DNA of 64,000 nt from Owenia fusiformis (lineage: Eukaryota). Both the position numbers and the translations under genes were made by a program. The notes under the pieces are model-generated. The model had not been told where the DNA came from, made no database searches, and worked only from the letters and a program-made list of their open reading frames with translations. The DNA is taken from positions 37,944,001 to 38,008,000 of the forward strand of contig CAIIXF020000001.1 in NCBI GenBank assembly GCA_903813345.2, given 5' to 3'. Positions 11,301-23,338 of this stretch are shown one piece after another; within the stretch, counting starts at the first letter, position 1; each line of letters opens with the position of its first letter.

Positions 11301-14300
11301 ATGTCTGTCTGGCATGTGAATCCCGACCCAGAGGAACTGGTGCCATGCCCATACCAGAATAGCCACATGGTGAGGCAGAAGAGGTTCCCCTATCATCTCA
11401 TGAAATGCAGAAAGGTATATCTTCATTCTAATAATACTCATCAAAACTTCTTTCTTGTAATAGAAGGAAGGAAATGAAGAAACGTGTGGCTTACCACAGT
11501 GGGATGTAATGACCATGTTATTTGTCTCTGTTACTTTTTATATTTTTTGTGGATAAGAAACAATTGATTTTGTCAGGGAATTGCATATTTGAATTAGGTA
11601 AAGTCAGGGAATTTTGATATGGAAATGCTCTGGCAACTCTATCTTTAATTTTGAAAATTCTGATTTTCTAACAATCAACAACACCCTATGCAGACAGAGC
11701 CTGTGGGAAATATTGGGTGCGGAGCAAATGAGCGGAGGGTGCGGAGCTAACGGTTATTTTTGAATTTAAATTTGGGATATTTCTGAAACTAAGCCGTTTT
11801 GGGACTTCAAATATACCAAGATATGTGTATTTGACACCAAATATCAATACAATTGTGAAAATAGTAGCGCAATTCATTCTATAGTGACGCAGTGTGCCTT
11901 AAACCTTTCCCAGACCTATATATTCTGAAATTATCCTTTTAATACTGAGTCCCCAGCATTCATAAAAAATGGTGTTCAAGGTGCACTATCTATACAAATT
12001 ATTTTTGCATCTTGGAAGCCAGGCAGTATCTGTGTGATTTTATAAAAGTTCGGAAATTTTTTCAGATATGAGCCCCCTCTAAATATTGGGTGCGGAGCAG
12101 CTCCATAAACGTGGATCTTGAACACCATTTTTTATGAATGCTGGGGACGCAGTATTAAAAGGATAGTCTCAAAATATATAGGTCTGGGAAATGTTTAAGG
12201 CATACTGCGTCGCTATAAAATGAATTGCACTACTATTTTCACAATTTTATTGATATTTGGTGTCAAATACACATATCTTGGTATATTTGAAGTCCCAAAA
12301 CGGCTTAGTTTCAGAAATATCCCAATTTTAAATTCAAAAATGACCGTTAGCTCCGCACCCTCCGCTCATTTGCGCCGCACCCAATATTTCCCACAGGCTC
12401 TGTCTGCATAGGGTGAACAATGTCATAAAAAAATATATTGACTCTTTGAAGATGGTAAAAAACAGATTTTAGTATTGTTTATTTATTTTCTAGCAATACA
12501 CAGGCAATGACTTTGCTACATGTCCCTTCAATGCCAGACATGAGATGCCAAGACCAGAGCTTAGGTACCATGTCATCAATTGCCCAGATAAAGCAGTCCT
12601 TGAGCAAGAGATCCTCTATAGTAAGTGATTATACTGCAAACAGATTACTATTTTAAGTACAACAGAAAAGGTAAATCAAATGTTAGATTGAAAAATGGTT
12701 GCATTACAACAATATTCTGATCTCCTGTGTCAAAAGGCTCTGATTTCAGATACAGATTTTTTACCTCCCAGTTCTTTCCCATTGATCTATACATTGCAGG
12801 GGCATCAGAAGGATTTGCCTAGGGAGGGGGCAATTTTTGTAATACTGGTTAATGGCCATGTTTTTGTCTATCACGTATTAGTCTATTGAGTTTTCCATTC
12901 CTAATTTTTGCAGTATATTGAATTTAATCCATTATTCCTTCATATCAGTCATATCAACAAAACCAGTCAGCTATGAATCAAAAATGTCATGTAGAACACT
13001 ATTTCACATAAATGGTTTGGAGTTTGTATTTGAATAACAAAGTTAATTTGTTGGGGTTTTTTTCATGCAGAAAAATGGAATGTGCATAAACTTAACGTTG
13101 TTCTGTATGACTATGTTGTTGTCATTTCAGACCAGAGCAAGAATGAAGAGGGTACCTACTTCAAGGGCAATACTGCCGTACCTTCATACTTCCCTGACTG
13201 GCAACCCCCAGCCTCCTCTGAGGATTGGGACAGTGGTAAGTAAAATGTTAAGATTGGTTACTTGGGTTTTTGGCTAATATGAATTACATCAAATTCCCTC
13301 CGGAGAATTATGTAATTTCCAGTGATTTCACCTGGATATTTTTGTCTAAATATGTTAATATTTCATCCTTTTGATGGGGTTTACAAAGATCCTTCCTTCA
13401 AATGGAGTGGCATATAACATTAGAATTTTCAACAGTTTCTTTGCACTAAGATAGTCCACTGACTATTTACTATCATTTGTAATAAATAGATTATGTTATG
13501 TTATAGTTTTTTATTGCAGATATTAATTTGTTAGAATGTTGTTATGATTTTTTGTTTTATTTTAAGTTAAAACAACTCCCTAGCCTATAATGTTATTTGT
13601 TTTATTATCCCATCGAATGAAGTTCGGAGGGATATAGGGAACGCCTCCGTCCGTCCGTACGTACGTCGTACGGACGTCCGTCCGTCTGTCCGGGCAATAA
13701 CTCAAATACCGTTGGCCCGATTTTGTTCATATTTTGTACACATATACCCTATGGGGGTAGAAGTTCTGCTCGAAAGCCGATTTTCAAAATGGCCGCTCAT
13801 TTCAAAATGGCGGCCGTTTTAGTGCCGAATTTACAGTAATTTAGGTGCAATATGTAAAACTGTAATAGCAATATGTTTTAGATGTAAAAAAATTATATAG
13901 GACATTAATAAAGCTAGAAATGTAGATATTAAAGAAGCACATGGCAGCCATCTTGAAAAATGGTGGTCTTTACTCGTTATTTTACGATTTTTGCTGTAAC
14001 TCCAAAAGTAGTGGAGCGATTTTGTTCATATTTGGTATGTGAATACTATAAACATTGCACACTGTCTAAAGACAATTTTAGTAGAAGGCGGCCATTTTTC
14101 AAAATGGCCGCCATTTTAACGTATTTTACTATAACTTGAAAAGTAGTGGAGCGATTTTGTTCATATTTGGTATCTGAATACTATAAGCATGACACACTGT
14201 CCTATGACACTTTTGGTAGAAGGTGGCCATTTTGGAAAAGATTTTGAAAAATGGCCGCCATTTTAACGTATTTTACTAATCGCTTCGAAAGTAGTGAAGC

Positions 14301-17300
14301 GATTTTGTTCATATTTGGTATGTGAATACTATAAGCATGGCACATGGTCTAATGACACGTTTGGTAGAAGGCAGCCATTTTTGCTATATCCTTTGTTTGT
14401 AAAAATGCCATCCATGGCTGTTCGATGGGATTCGCTACGCTTTGGCGTTGCCGTTGTTCTGGTTTCAAGTTAAAACAGCTCCCTAGCCTATAATGTTATG
14501 ACAATTAAATTAAATATTTTCTGTTATTGAAAACCAATGTTGTTTTGTTTCAGAGACGCCATCTGTTGTGAGGATTGGAGTTGACCCAAAACAAATTAAT
14601 CCAAATGGACTAATGTTTAAAGACACTTCAGGGTAAGTATGATATAAAAAATTTACTAAAAATATTTTCTTGATTCATGAAAACTGTGAAAACAATTTAG
14701 GCTCCGAGTGACAGTAGCTTTTTGTCAAAATACTTTGTAATGAAAGATTTTTGAGGTGTTACACAATACAGGCACCTTAGTTACGGAGCTTTTTGTCAGA
14801 ATTTGAATCATTTCAAAATAGTTAAGTAAAATATTTTGTTACTCTGATACTGAGGTGCAGTATGTTGCCATTTGCTGGGCAGGTAGAAATAGAAGTACAA
14901 AATGAATTGATACACTTTTACAGTTATAGTTATTATAAAAGTGATCGCCACAATCATGAACATTGAATTTTCTCAGGTTTAGAATCAATGCACTTTCCAG
15001 TTGCAGTCACCAGTACAAAATCATGAATGACTTTTACACATCATCATTTTAGATATACAATCGACCAGTAGATTAATAAAAAGAAAACCTAGTACATATA
15101 ATGATAGAAATATCATACAATTCTCTTTGTGATTGCCATGAAAAGATATAGAATCAAGCATTGCAACCATCCTCTGTCCACTGGGCTTCAAAGTATGTCA
15201 CCATTGTTATAGTGGGAAGTGTCCAACATTTTTGCGTACAGTGTTAAGCATTTGGCTGTCAGTGGTTAGTGTTAGGTGTCTGTAAAAATAGCAGGTGCAT
15301 GTTAATACCCAGACATAGAAGCCATTGATGAAATACCAAGTTTTCTGGTAACGGTATCACGCGGTAGTATCTCTTCGGGACGTATCGAAACCACTCCGTC
15401 CCGAAAAAACCGTTAATTTGAATTTAAAACCTACCCCAGTGTTTGAAAATCAAGGATTGTGAGTCTCACACTTCACCGTTTTTCTTCAAACTTGTTCCGT
15501 ACAAAGCTTCACAGAAATACCTTTCAGTCGATACATTGTTTTCGTGTACAATGTACCTCGTTTTAGCGGCGTTTTGGTCCCCAGCTGCGAGATAATGCAA
15601 ATTTTCATAACTTTCAACTGTAAGTCAAGTTATCTCGCCAGTCTTTTACCCATTCTCGCCCATAATTTCAGAATGGACTCCCATTACAACCTTCCATCGC
15701 TACGTCTTGATTTTTGGGCATCAAACGCAGCAGTTTCTAAATCATCCACACATTTCTTCAAATTTGACCAATACGTCCCGTCATCTTCCACTACGCCCCG
15801 CCGAGTCTATCACTATACACGTAGAGTTGCATTCTAAAACAATTTGTCCATCGATGTGTCCGTTTGTAGGTTGCCATTGTCGATTCTAAATACCAATCGG
15901 ATTGTGTTTTAAGATTTACCCATTCTTGTCCATTTTCAATATACCTATAATAGGGTGGTCCAAAATCTCCCTAAAATTTAGATTTCCCGATATTGCAATA
16001 TAAAGATTTTAATTACTGAACAATTGAAAATATTTTTAAGAAACGTTTAAAGTGCCCTATCCTTGAAAAAATGTTAAAATGCGAAAGGATGGGTGATGTC
16101 AATTATATTATTTTCAACATAACGTTAGAAACCTGTATCATTTTATATGGTACACGTTTCATAATGTAATCCAATGGAATCATACAGAAGAAAGGTTGAC
16201 ACACAACAGTTAAAACCTTTATATTACATTATCAGACCAAGTCAGTAGAGTTGTTTATATACCAATTAGTGTTGTATGATGATGCATTCTTTATATGAAT
16301 CTTGAAACGTTTTTGTGCCAATATTGCTCAATTTTGATAACATCTCCGTTATTTTGAAATTAAGCGTGGTACCGGTGTAAAAGCGTAGGTGGTCCTATCA
16401 AATTATGGTCCTAGTCTCTATTGATTTATATGGTGACCTGATTACAATTATTTTCCTTATTATTTATACACAATCAGGGCCAGAAAGGGCCGTTAGGAAA
16501 GGGGACCATAATCCCCAGGGGACCATAATTTCTTTCACACCGGCTTTGTTAGTACTTTGCCTTGGATGTCATACAGTACATTTACACTGTGGCATGATGA
16601 TGAACTTAGAAAATATGTAAAGTCATGACAAAATGTTCTTTGTGATATAATATTGTATAGTATCATTCTGATACGTATTACATGTTTATGTTTAGTGCAT
16701 AAAATTCATAGCCAGATTAATAATTCGGAGAGAATACGCTGGACGATAGAATATTAAAAACTATAAAAACATTCTTCATAGAATTAAGCAAATAGTGTTA
16801 TTATCATTTAAGTAGTAACTGCATATGTTTAAAACCACTCTGTTTAAATACAGGTAAATAAATAAATATGATGCAATGAAAATTGAAGCTTTCTGTCGAG
16901 AGCAATAGTCATCACAATAGTATAGCGTTTTTTCTTTTACATGTTACTTTTTGTACATCATTGATTGATCCGCTCTAATCTGCCCTCGGCCGATAATTTA
17001 TAAATTATTTATGTTGAACATTAGCAAAACAAGACACAATTAGCAAACCAGACACTTGGTTTCCTCACAAAATCAAATACAGGACAATTACATATAATTA
17101 AAGTTAAAAAGCAACATCTTCACAAACATTTAAATTATGAATTTCATGCAATCAGTTATAGTTATACTCCGTATGTATGCTAAACTTAAGACTGGTGTTT
17201 AGAATCGACCAAGGCAAACCTATGTAAAATTACACAACGATGAACAAAATGTTTTTGAATACAACTCCACGTTTGTAGTCATAGACTCGGCGGGGCGTAG

Positions 17301-20300
17301 TGGAAGGTGACGGGACGTATTAGTCAAATTTTAAGAGATGTGTGGATGATTTAATAACTGCTGCGTTTGATGCCCAAAAATCAAGACGTAGCGATGGAAG
17401 GTTGTAAGGGGAGTCCATTCTGAAATTATGAGCGAGAATGGGTAAAAGACTGGCGAGATAACTTGACTTACAGTTGAAAGTTATGAAAATTTGCTTTATC
17501 TCGCAGCTGGGGACAAAAACGCCGCTAAAACGAGGTACTTTGTACACAAAAACAATGTATCGACTGAAAGGTATTTCTGTGAAGCTTTGTACGGAACAAG
17601 TTTGAAGAAAAACGGTGAAGTGTGAGACTCACAATCCTTGATTTTCAAACACTGGGGTAGGTTTTAAATTCAAATTAACGGTTTTTCGGGACGGAGTGGT
17701 TTCGATACGTCCCGAAGAGATACTACCGCGTGGGTATTATTGATAGCTAATTGCTGCCTATATTTATAGAATGACTCCAGCGCAAAAGAAGAACTTCAAG
17801 AGAATCCTTGCCAAGAGAGCAGAAAGAACAGCAAATGGGCTGTAAGTATATGGGTTTAATGTGTTAATTAAAGTACTGTATATTGCATAGTACATGTTGT
17901 GGGCCTATTCCAAGAGAAGGGTAGTTGGGTACTTTCATATTTAGGAAAGAGAATAACATTATTGAAGGTCATGTTATGTGAATGTGACTACAAATCATTC
18001 TATCAGTGTGGTTACAAATCATTCTACCAGTGTGGTTACAAATCATTATGTATCTGTTGGATAATGCATTTATTAAACCAAGCTATCAGAGGATGATCAA
18101 AGACTGACCAATTTCAAACATCTGTTACTATATCCATCATTTTTTTGCAACCAAGAAGCCATATTACCTTATTAAATCCTGCATTTTCTGGCCCACTGAT
18201 GAGCCCCTCCAATGCTTGTTTCAGACCCACAGATGACTTAGATGAAGATCTCATGAATGTAGGTTCATGTGAGGAGAATGTTCCTCCAGGTTTGCCACCC
18301 AAAGAGGAACCTGCTACTAAGGAACAGCAGTTGAGACTCCCCAAACAAGCCCCTCAGGTGCTTACCATGCAGCAGAGGCAGCAAAAACAGCAAGCCACTC
18401 AACAGCCAGCAGCTCCACCATCTGTATTTGCTTACTCTCTAGGTAAGCATGTATCCAAACTTCTCTCCTGCATTGAGGTGCTCCACTCAAAAGTTATGCA
18501 AGCGTGTAAATTTTGAAGATTATAAATTACGGGTTAAAATGAATTCTAAAGATGTTAAAAACAAATGATATTTAGATAATAGCCATGGCATAGATAGCTT
18601 GTTTTTATACAACAACTGGTGACATATTTTTACAGTCACCAACTTTTTTGTGGACGGTATTTGGCAGTTGGTGTTCGCCATTCAGCAGTTGGCATTTGTA
18701 ACAAATGGCGGGTGGTGACATTTTCCATATAAATTCCTTGTTATTTGGTTTGGTCTCATCAAAATGAATCACACATCTTAACTCCAAATTGATGTGTTTT
18801 TTAGGAATGGCTGGTATTGGACGTGGCATGAACAGAGCTTTGATGCAACAGGCACCAGGAGGGCTTCAGATGAATGGTGCTCCTGGGACAACACAGAATC
18901 TTAGCACACCAGTTGCCTTACAGAATGGAACTGTACCACCTGCTCAACAAAATGGCCTACGTTATCCAGAAGTTGGAGCTCAACCCCCTGGCTCCTACCC
19001 TACTTCAGAAGTGGGATCTCAGAATGGAGGTATGTAGTAAATACGAAATGTTTGCCTGTTTTTCAAAAATATTGTGAATAATGATAAAGAGAAATTAACC
19101 CCCTACAGATGAAAATGTTTGAGATTAATTTTTGAAATCATCTTTTTAATAACGTAATTAATGAATATTTAATTAGATTATATAGTAGGTTGAGTTGAGA
19201 TATTAATTTAAATGTCTTACTTCAGAGCGCAAATCTCGTATGGCTGCCAACATATTTCCATCTGGCCCAGCAAAAAGTGGTACAGGAGCGCCACCTGGAA
19301 TCGCCCCTAGAAATGTCACTGCAGCACCCATACCACAAGCCCAGACACAGAAGCCAATGATGAATGGTGTTCAGGGAACCTCAACATCAGATGTCAATGC
19401 TGCCTCTATGCTTGCATCGCTCTCCAGGGGCAGAGGAATTGGGCGTGGTGCGGTGATGAAACAACCTGGGGCTCCAGTATTCTCTATGGGGCGTGGGATG
19501 GGTGCCAACCCAACACCAAGCTTTGTGGTTCCAAAGACAGAGGTACCCGCTGAAACTTCTGCACAGAAAACTATGAAAAAATTGCAGAAAAAGCTGCGAG
19601 AGGTGAGTTTGTCCAAAAATTTATGTTCCTGAAAAAATTCCTTATCATGATTATAATCAATACTGTCAAGTCTCGTATTGTCATACCATGTTCTATGTAA
19701 ATACCATGATTAGACAATACCAAATAAGTGGAGCATAATATATTCTCTTTAGTCATCATAGTCAATGTGCCATTAAAAGTCATCTAGATTGCTCTCTATA
19801 TAGTGAAGCACAGGGTCCCTCCAATATGGGAGTCACTTCTGTTGTAGTAACATGAGTAGTTTTCTGAGGTTATGGGTGAAATTGCTACCACCAAGAAGTC
19901 GTGGGATGTTGTTTGAACCTGTTCTTGTTGTAATTGGCATTCACAGTTAAGCAGTTATCACTCAACTTTCCATGACTGTTACTCCTTTGTAGTCATCTGC
20001 AATAATTTACATGGTGTTGCATTTTGTCATGTTAATGCCTTGTATAATAATCCAGTGTGCAAAAGGCTATTATGATAATTAAATAATATTTTTTCTTAAT
20101 AAATATCTCCAGATTGATAACTTGCTGGAGCGAGAGAGAGATGGAGAAAAGCTGAACCCAGAGGAGGTATAGTAGCATATTGTTATTATGTATTGTTGAC
20201 TTACTGTTATAGTCTCTAACTTTATTTGTGGATGATGTTTGTCAGTTGGCATCTGTAACAAATGGCAAGTGGTGACATTATGCATGTTAATGCCGTTTTA

Positions 20301-20751
20301 CCTCTACTGGACATAATATTCTCTTTGTCATACACGTCATAGAGAAAAATGTGAGTAATCTTGCTGGGTAGGAGATTGCAGATCTAGTTAACTTATCTAA
20401 ACCTAAGAAGCTCTAATTTCACCTCACCTGTGCAAACCTATACAATTAACTCTAGATACACTGACATATTGAGTGCTATTCCTTTGCATAGATTATAAAT
20501 ATAATGCATTTTACAAATTGTTTTTTGTGTTCACGTTTGAGTGTAGGAGGTTAAACATGAAATTAAAGTTGATTTCATTTCTAACGTATCTGTATGGAAA
20601 ACCAGAATAATATTGTCCCCTAATATAGTTTTTGCTGTTTTATTTTATTTGCCAGTTGGAAAAAGTACACAAAAAGACAGAACTGGAAGTACAACTGCAA
20701 CAGCTCAGGCAAGTAACATCACTGGACACTATACAAAACATACAGCTATGA
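11301..20751 (+). CDS. GTSF1: Gametocyte-specific factor 1-like (double CHHC U11-48K zinc finger) protein, long form (~480-490 aa)
   Basis: Frame-consistent exons 11301-11414, 12494-12620, 13131-13235, 14554-14632, 17770-17841, 18225-18442, 18805-19029, 19226-19602, 20113-20166, 20656-20751 (or GC donor after 20708 spliced to 21233-21242). Two CHHC fingers ([32 protein letters not shown]) followed by [11 protein letters not shown], like the GTSF1 Trp-containing PIWI-binding region. Confidence 0.88.
11682..12415. mobile_element. Foldback element, CAC...GTG termini, 5-bp TSD (Transib-like)
   Basis: AACAA at 11677-11681 and 12416-12420, ~300-bp inverted arms starting CACCCTATGCAGACAGAGCC. Explains the mirrored ORFs 11686..11877(-) and 12220..12411(+). 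Confidence 0.8.
13598..14465 (-). mobile_element. Helentron/HINE-like element with (GTCC)n microsatellite and ~110-130-bp internal repeats
   Basis: Hairpin ATCCCATCGAA-TGAAG-TTCGGAGGGAT plus (CGTC/GTAC)n at the left end. Repeated GCGATTTTGTTCATATTTGGTAT units. The right end is the reverse complement of the element starting at ~63603. Confidence 0.75.
15358..17732. mobile_element. 2.4-kb non-autonomous element, CAC...GTG termini, 5-bp TSD, ~500-bp TIRs (Transib-like)
   Basis: GGTAT at 15353-15357 and 17733-17737. CACGCGGTAGTATCTCTTCGGGACG... is mirrored at the right end. The mirrored ORFs 15544..15837(+) and 17320..17547(-) are TIR artefacts. No transposase ORF seen. Confidence 0.85.
17985..18048. 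repeat. 24-bp tandem repeat (about 3 copies)
   Basis: TGTGGTTACAAATCATTCTA(T/C)CAG units. Confidence 0.6.
18603..18745. mobile_element. Short (~130-bp) interspersed repeat, multi-copy in the window
   Basis: Core TTTGTAACAAATGGC..GTGGTGACATTTTGCATGTTAATGCCTTGT recurs at ~20240-20300 and ~23950-24050, and in reverse at ~41348-41492, ~52250-52390 and ~61208-61242. Confidence 0.6.
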
Positions 20752-23081
20752 ATTCACTTTCAAATGAATTAAATCAGATGCATATTTTCAATTGTTTGTA
20801 TCTGATGTGCATGAATATGAAACTAGTAAAAGTTATGTTAAAAGTGAAAACTTCATTTAAAATTCTGTCATTCCAACCGTTAGTGTATCTGAGTTATAAC
20901 TCAAGTGCCAGTTGACAGATTTGGTACAAATTTTGTAGGCATTTTGTGGGCAATATTAAGACTCAATTAAAAATGGCTGTCACTTTTCATAAAAAGTACT
21001 GCTTAAACGATTTTTTATATCTGTTCGTGAGAGTATGTCCAAAATGGCCAAAATCAAAGCAAATTGTTTTAAAATTGTCAAAAAGAGATATTTCTACCGG
21101 ATTGTCATTTCTATCATGAAAAGTTTAAAATGTGGAGTGGTTTGAAAAAAATATGTTTTGTTCAATGAGATTTGCATCTCTATGGAGTTGCTGTTTCCAG
21201 TTTAAAATATAATTTAATCCATTCATTTTCAGGATTGACTAACTGCAGGCAAGAAACAAGTCAAGATACTTATGTGGATTGCTTTCTTCCATGAGATGTA
21301 CAATGGATGCCACAACATTTTACAGTTGACCTTGGATTTTAGTTCAACCTGGATTTTTAGTTCTTAATTAAAAATTATAAGAGATAATTATAAGATTGCT
21401 CTATCACTATTAGTAGTACAGATGGCAGTCATTTCTGGATAAAAGAAAACTATTTTAAAGATATTCAGCTGATTTTAATTCATAAGGGAGGTACAGTACA
21501 TCGATATATTGATTTAGAGGCATATTGGAACTAATTTGGTTGAGAAGCATCCAAGAAAATATATGTTGGGTCTGGGATATATCTACAGCATGCACTTAAT
21601 TGTTGTATATTTATATGGCTTGATGTTGTGTACATGTTGTCCATTGAATATACAGAGTGTCATGTTATGGTGTATGTTGGGTCTGGTGTGTATTTGAAGT
21701 ATGGAACGTTAACGTTCAAAAGGTGAGGAGGATAGTAGTAGTATGAAATGTGATCAGTCATATTTTGTATTTAATGACACTATACACATTTTCTTGTATA
21801 ATATTACATAATTATATAAGCATAATGTTGACTTGATCTAAACTTATATTTTGGTACAGTATGTTGGATTTGGGATATTGGTTCCAGTTAGGCTGGCCAG
21901 TATGTTGAATCTGGGGTGCTGTAACTGAAAATGCACTTGCGATGGGTGTAGTAATTTCTGACATTTTGATGTCAAAATGAAACGTTCCTTCATCATAATT
22001 CTGTATAGGTCCTTCATTATGTGGATTAGCGAATGATGTGCACTATACGTTTGTATATGGGTATCGTAGTGTTGTATGTTGTATAGCTTGCATTGGAGAG
22101 CATCACAAGTCCATATAAGGAGGGTCCTATACGTGGGGCATATGTAGCCTCATGGCCGTTATATAGGCCACCTGATGTGCCTTTATATGTCGTGGCACCT
22201 TGATTATAGATTAGCTTACTTTTCCTGTTTATGTGTATTAAGGTTCATAATTTGACTGTCAATAAGTGTTTTATTGTATAATTTTTCGAGGAACTATGGA
22301 TAGCATATTTTCATATAAAATTTGTCGAGGGCCTTTCTAATGTTGGATAAATATTGCACTAATTTGCTGTTGGTGTATATCATATTTTTGAGCTATCTGT
22401 TATGTGTACATTAAACAGACTGTATTTGGATTTTTATCAGAATATCTTGAATGCCCCTTGTATACGTGCATAAATGTACATTTATATATGGCATATTTTG
22501 TATGATATATTTGGATACAACTCTTAGTGATATTTTGTAATATATTGTACAATATCAAATGCAGGCTCATAGTCAGGATTTTCCAGAAAGGTTCACTGAA
22601 AAAAGGGCTGGGGGTTGTTACAAACCTAACAAATGCCAAATAAGTTTGAGCCATTTTTTTAAAAATTTGAGGCCCACAAATTCTTGCAAAAATGAGGTTT
22701 ATTTTAGAAAATGAGATGAAAAAGATAAATTTTTATAGGGGGGATTACCCTTCAAATTCCATTGGCAATGGACCTGCAGTAGCATATTTTGCTTAATGGC
22801 AAGACAAAGTTTTAAAATACAAATTAAAAAAAGAAAATATTGTTATACAATGTATTTTATACAGATGTGATTCTTAATAATGTTTTCTCAACTGTATGCT
22901 GATTATGTAATATTTTATCCAACAATAAGAGGCTCCGACCTTCTAACATTAACCAAAAACCAATTAGACCACTTTGTACAATATATTTATAATAATGTTG
23001 AGTCAAATGCATCAAGTCTATTTTTCCCAGCTCTAAAAGGAAATTTAATAATACTACAAGTCCAGACAATGTCTTAAACAA

Positions 23082-23338
23082 ATGACCCTGGCCATAGGAA
23101 AACCGGTCTTATCACAAAAATTAAAATTATGCTACAGAGTCAAAAATGTGCCCAAGATTAAGAGCAAAATGTGCTAAATTCAAATCCGACTTTTTGGTCT
23201 ATATATGCAAGAAAAAAGTGTTTAGACATAAGCAATGGCTCATTTGAAAGGTCTCTTTGTGCTTTTCAAGTTAAAGAAAAATCAGAATATTGAAAAAATC
23301 TGTGATAAAACCCCTTTTCCTGTGGCCTGGCTCAAATA
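23082..23338. mobile_element. MITE with degenerate TIRs
   Basis: TGACCCTGGCCATAGGAAAACCGGTCTTATCAC ... GTGATAAAACCCCTTTTCCTGTGGCCTGGCTCA. Confidence 0.5.

Noticed and set aside
11686..12411. Pair of near-identical 63-aa ORFs on opposite strands
   Set aside because: Artefact of the inverted arms of a foldback element; the same applies to 15544..15837 and 17320..17547.
15358..15412. RAG recombination signal (heptamer-spacer-nonamer) in the CAC-ended TIR
   Set aside because: CACGCGG is ~38 bp from GAAAAAACC, not 12 or 23, and both ends are symmetric.
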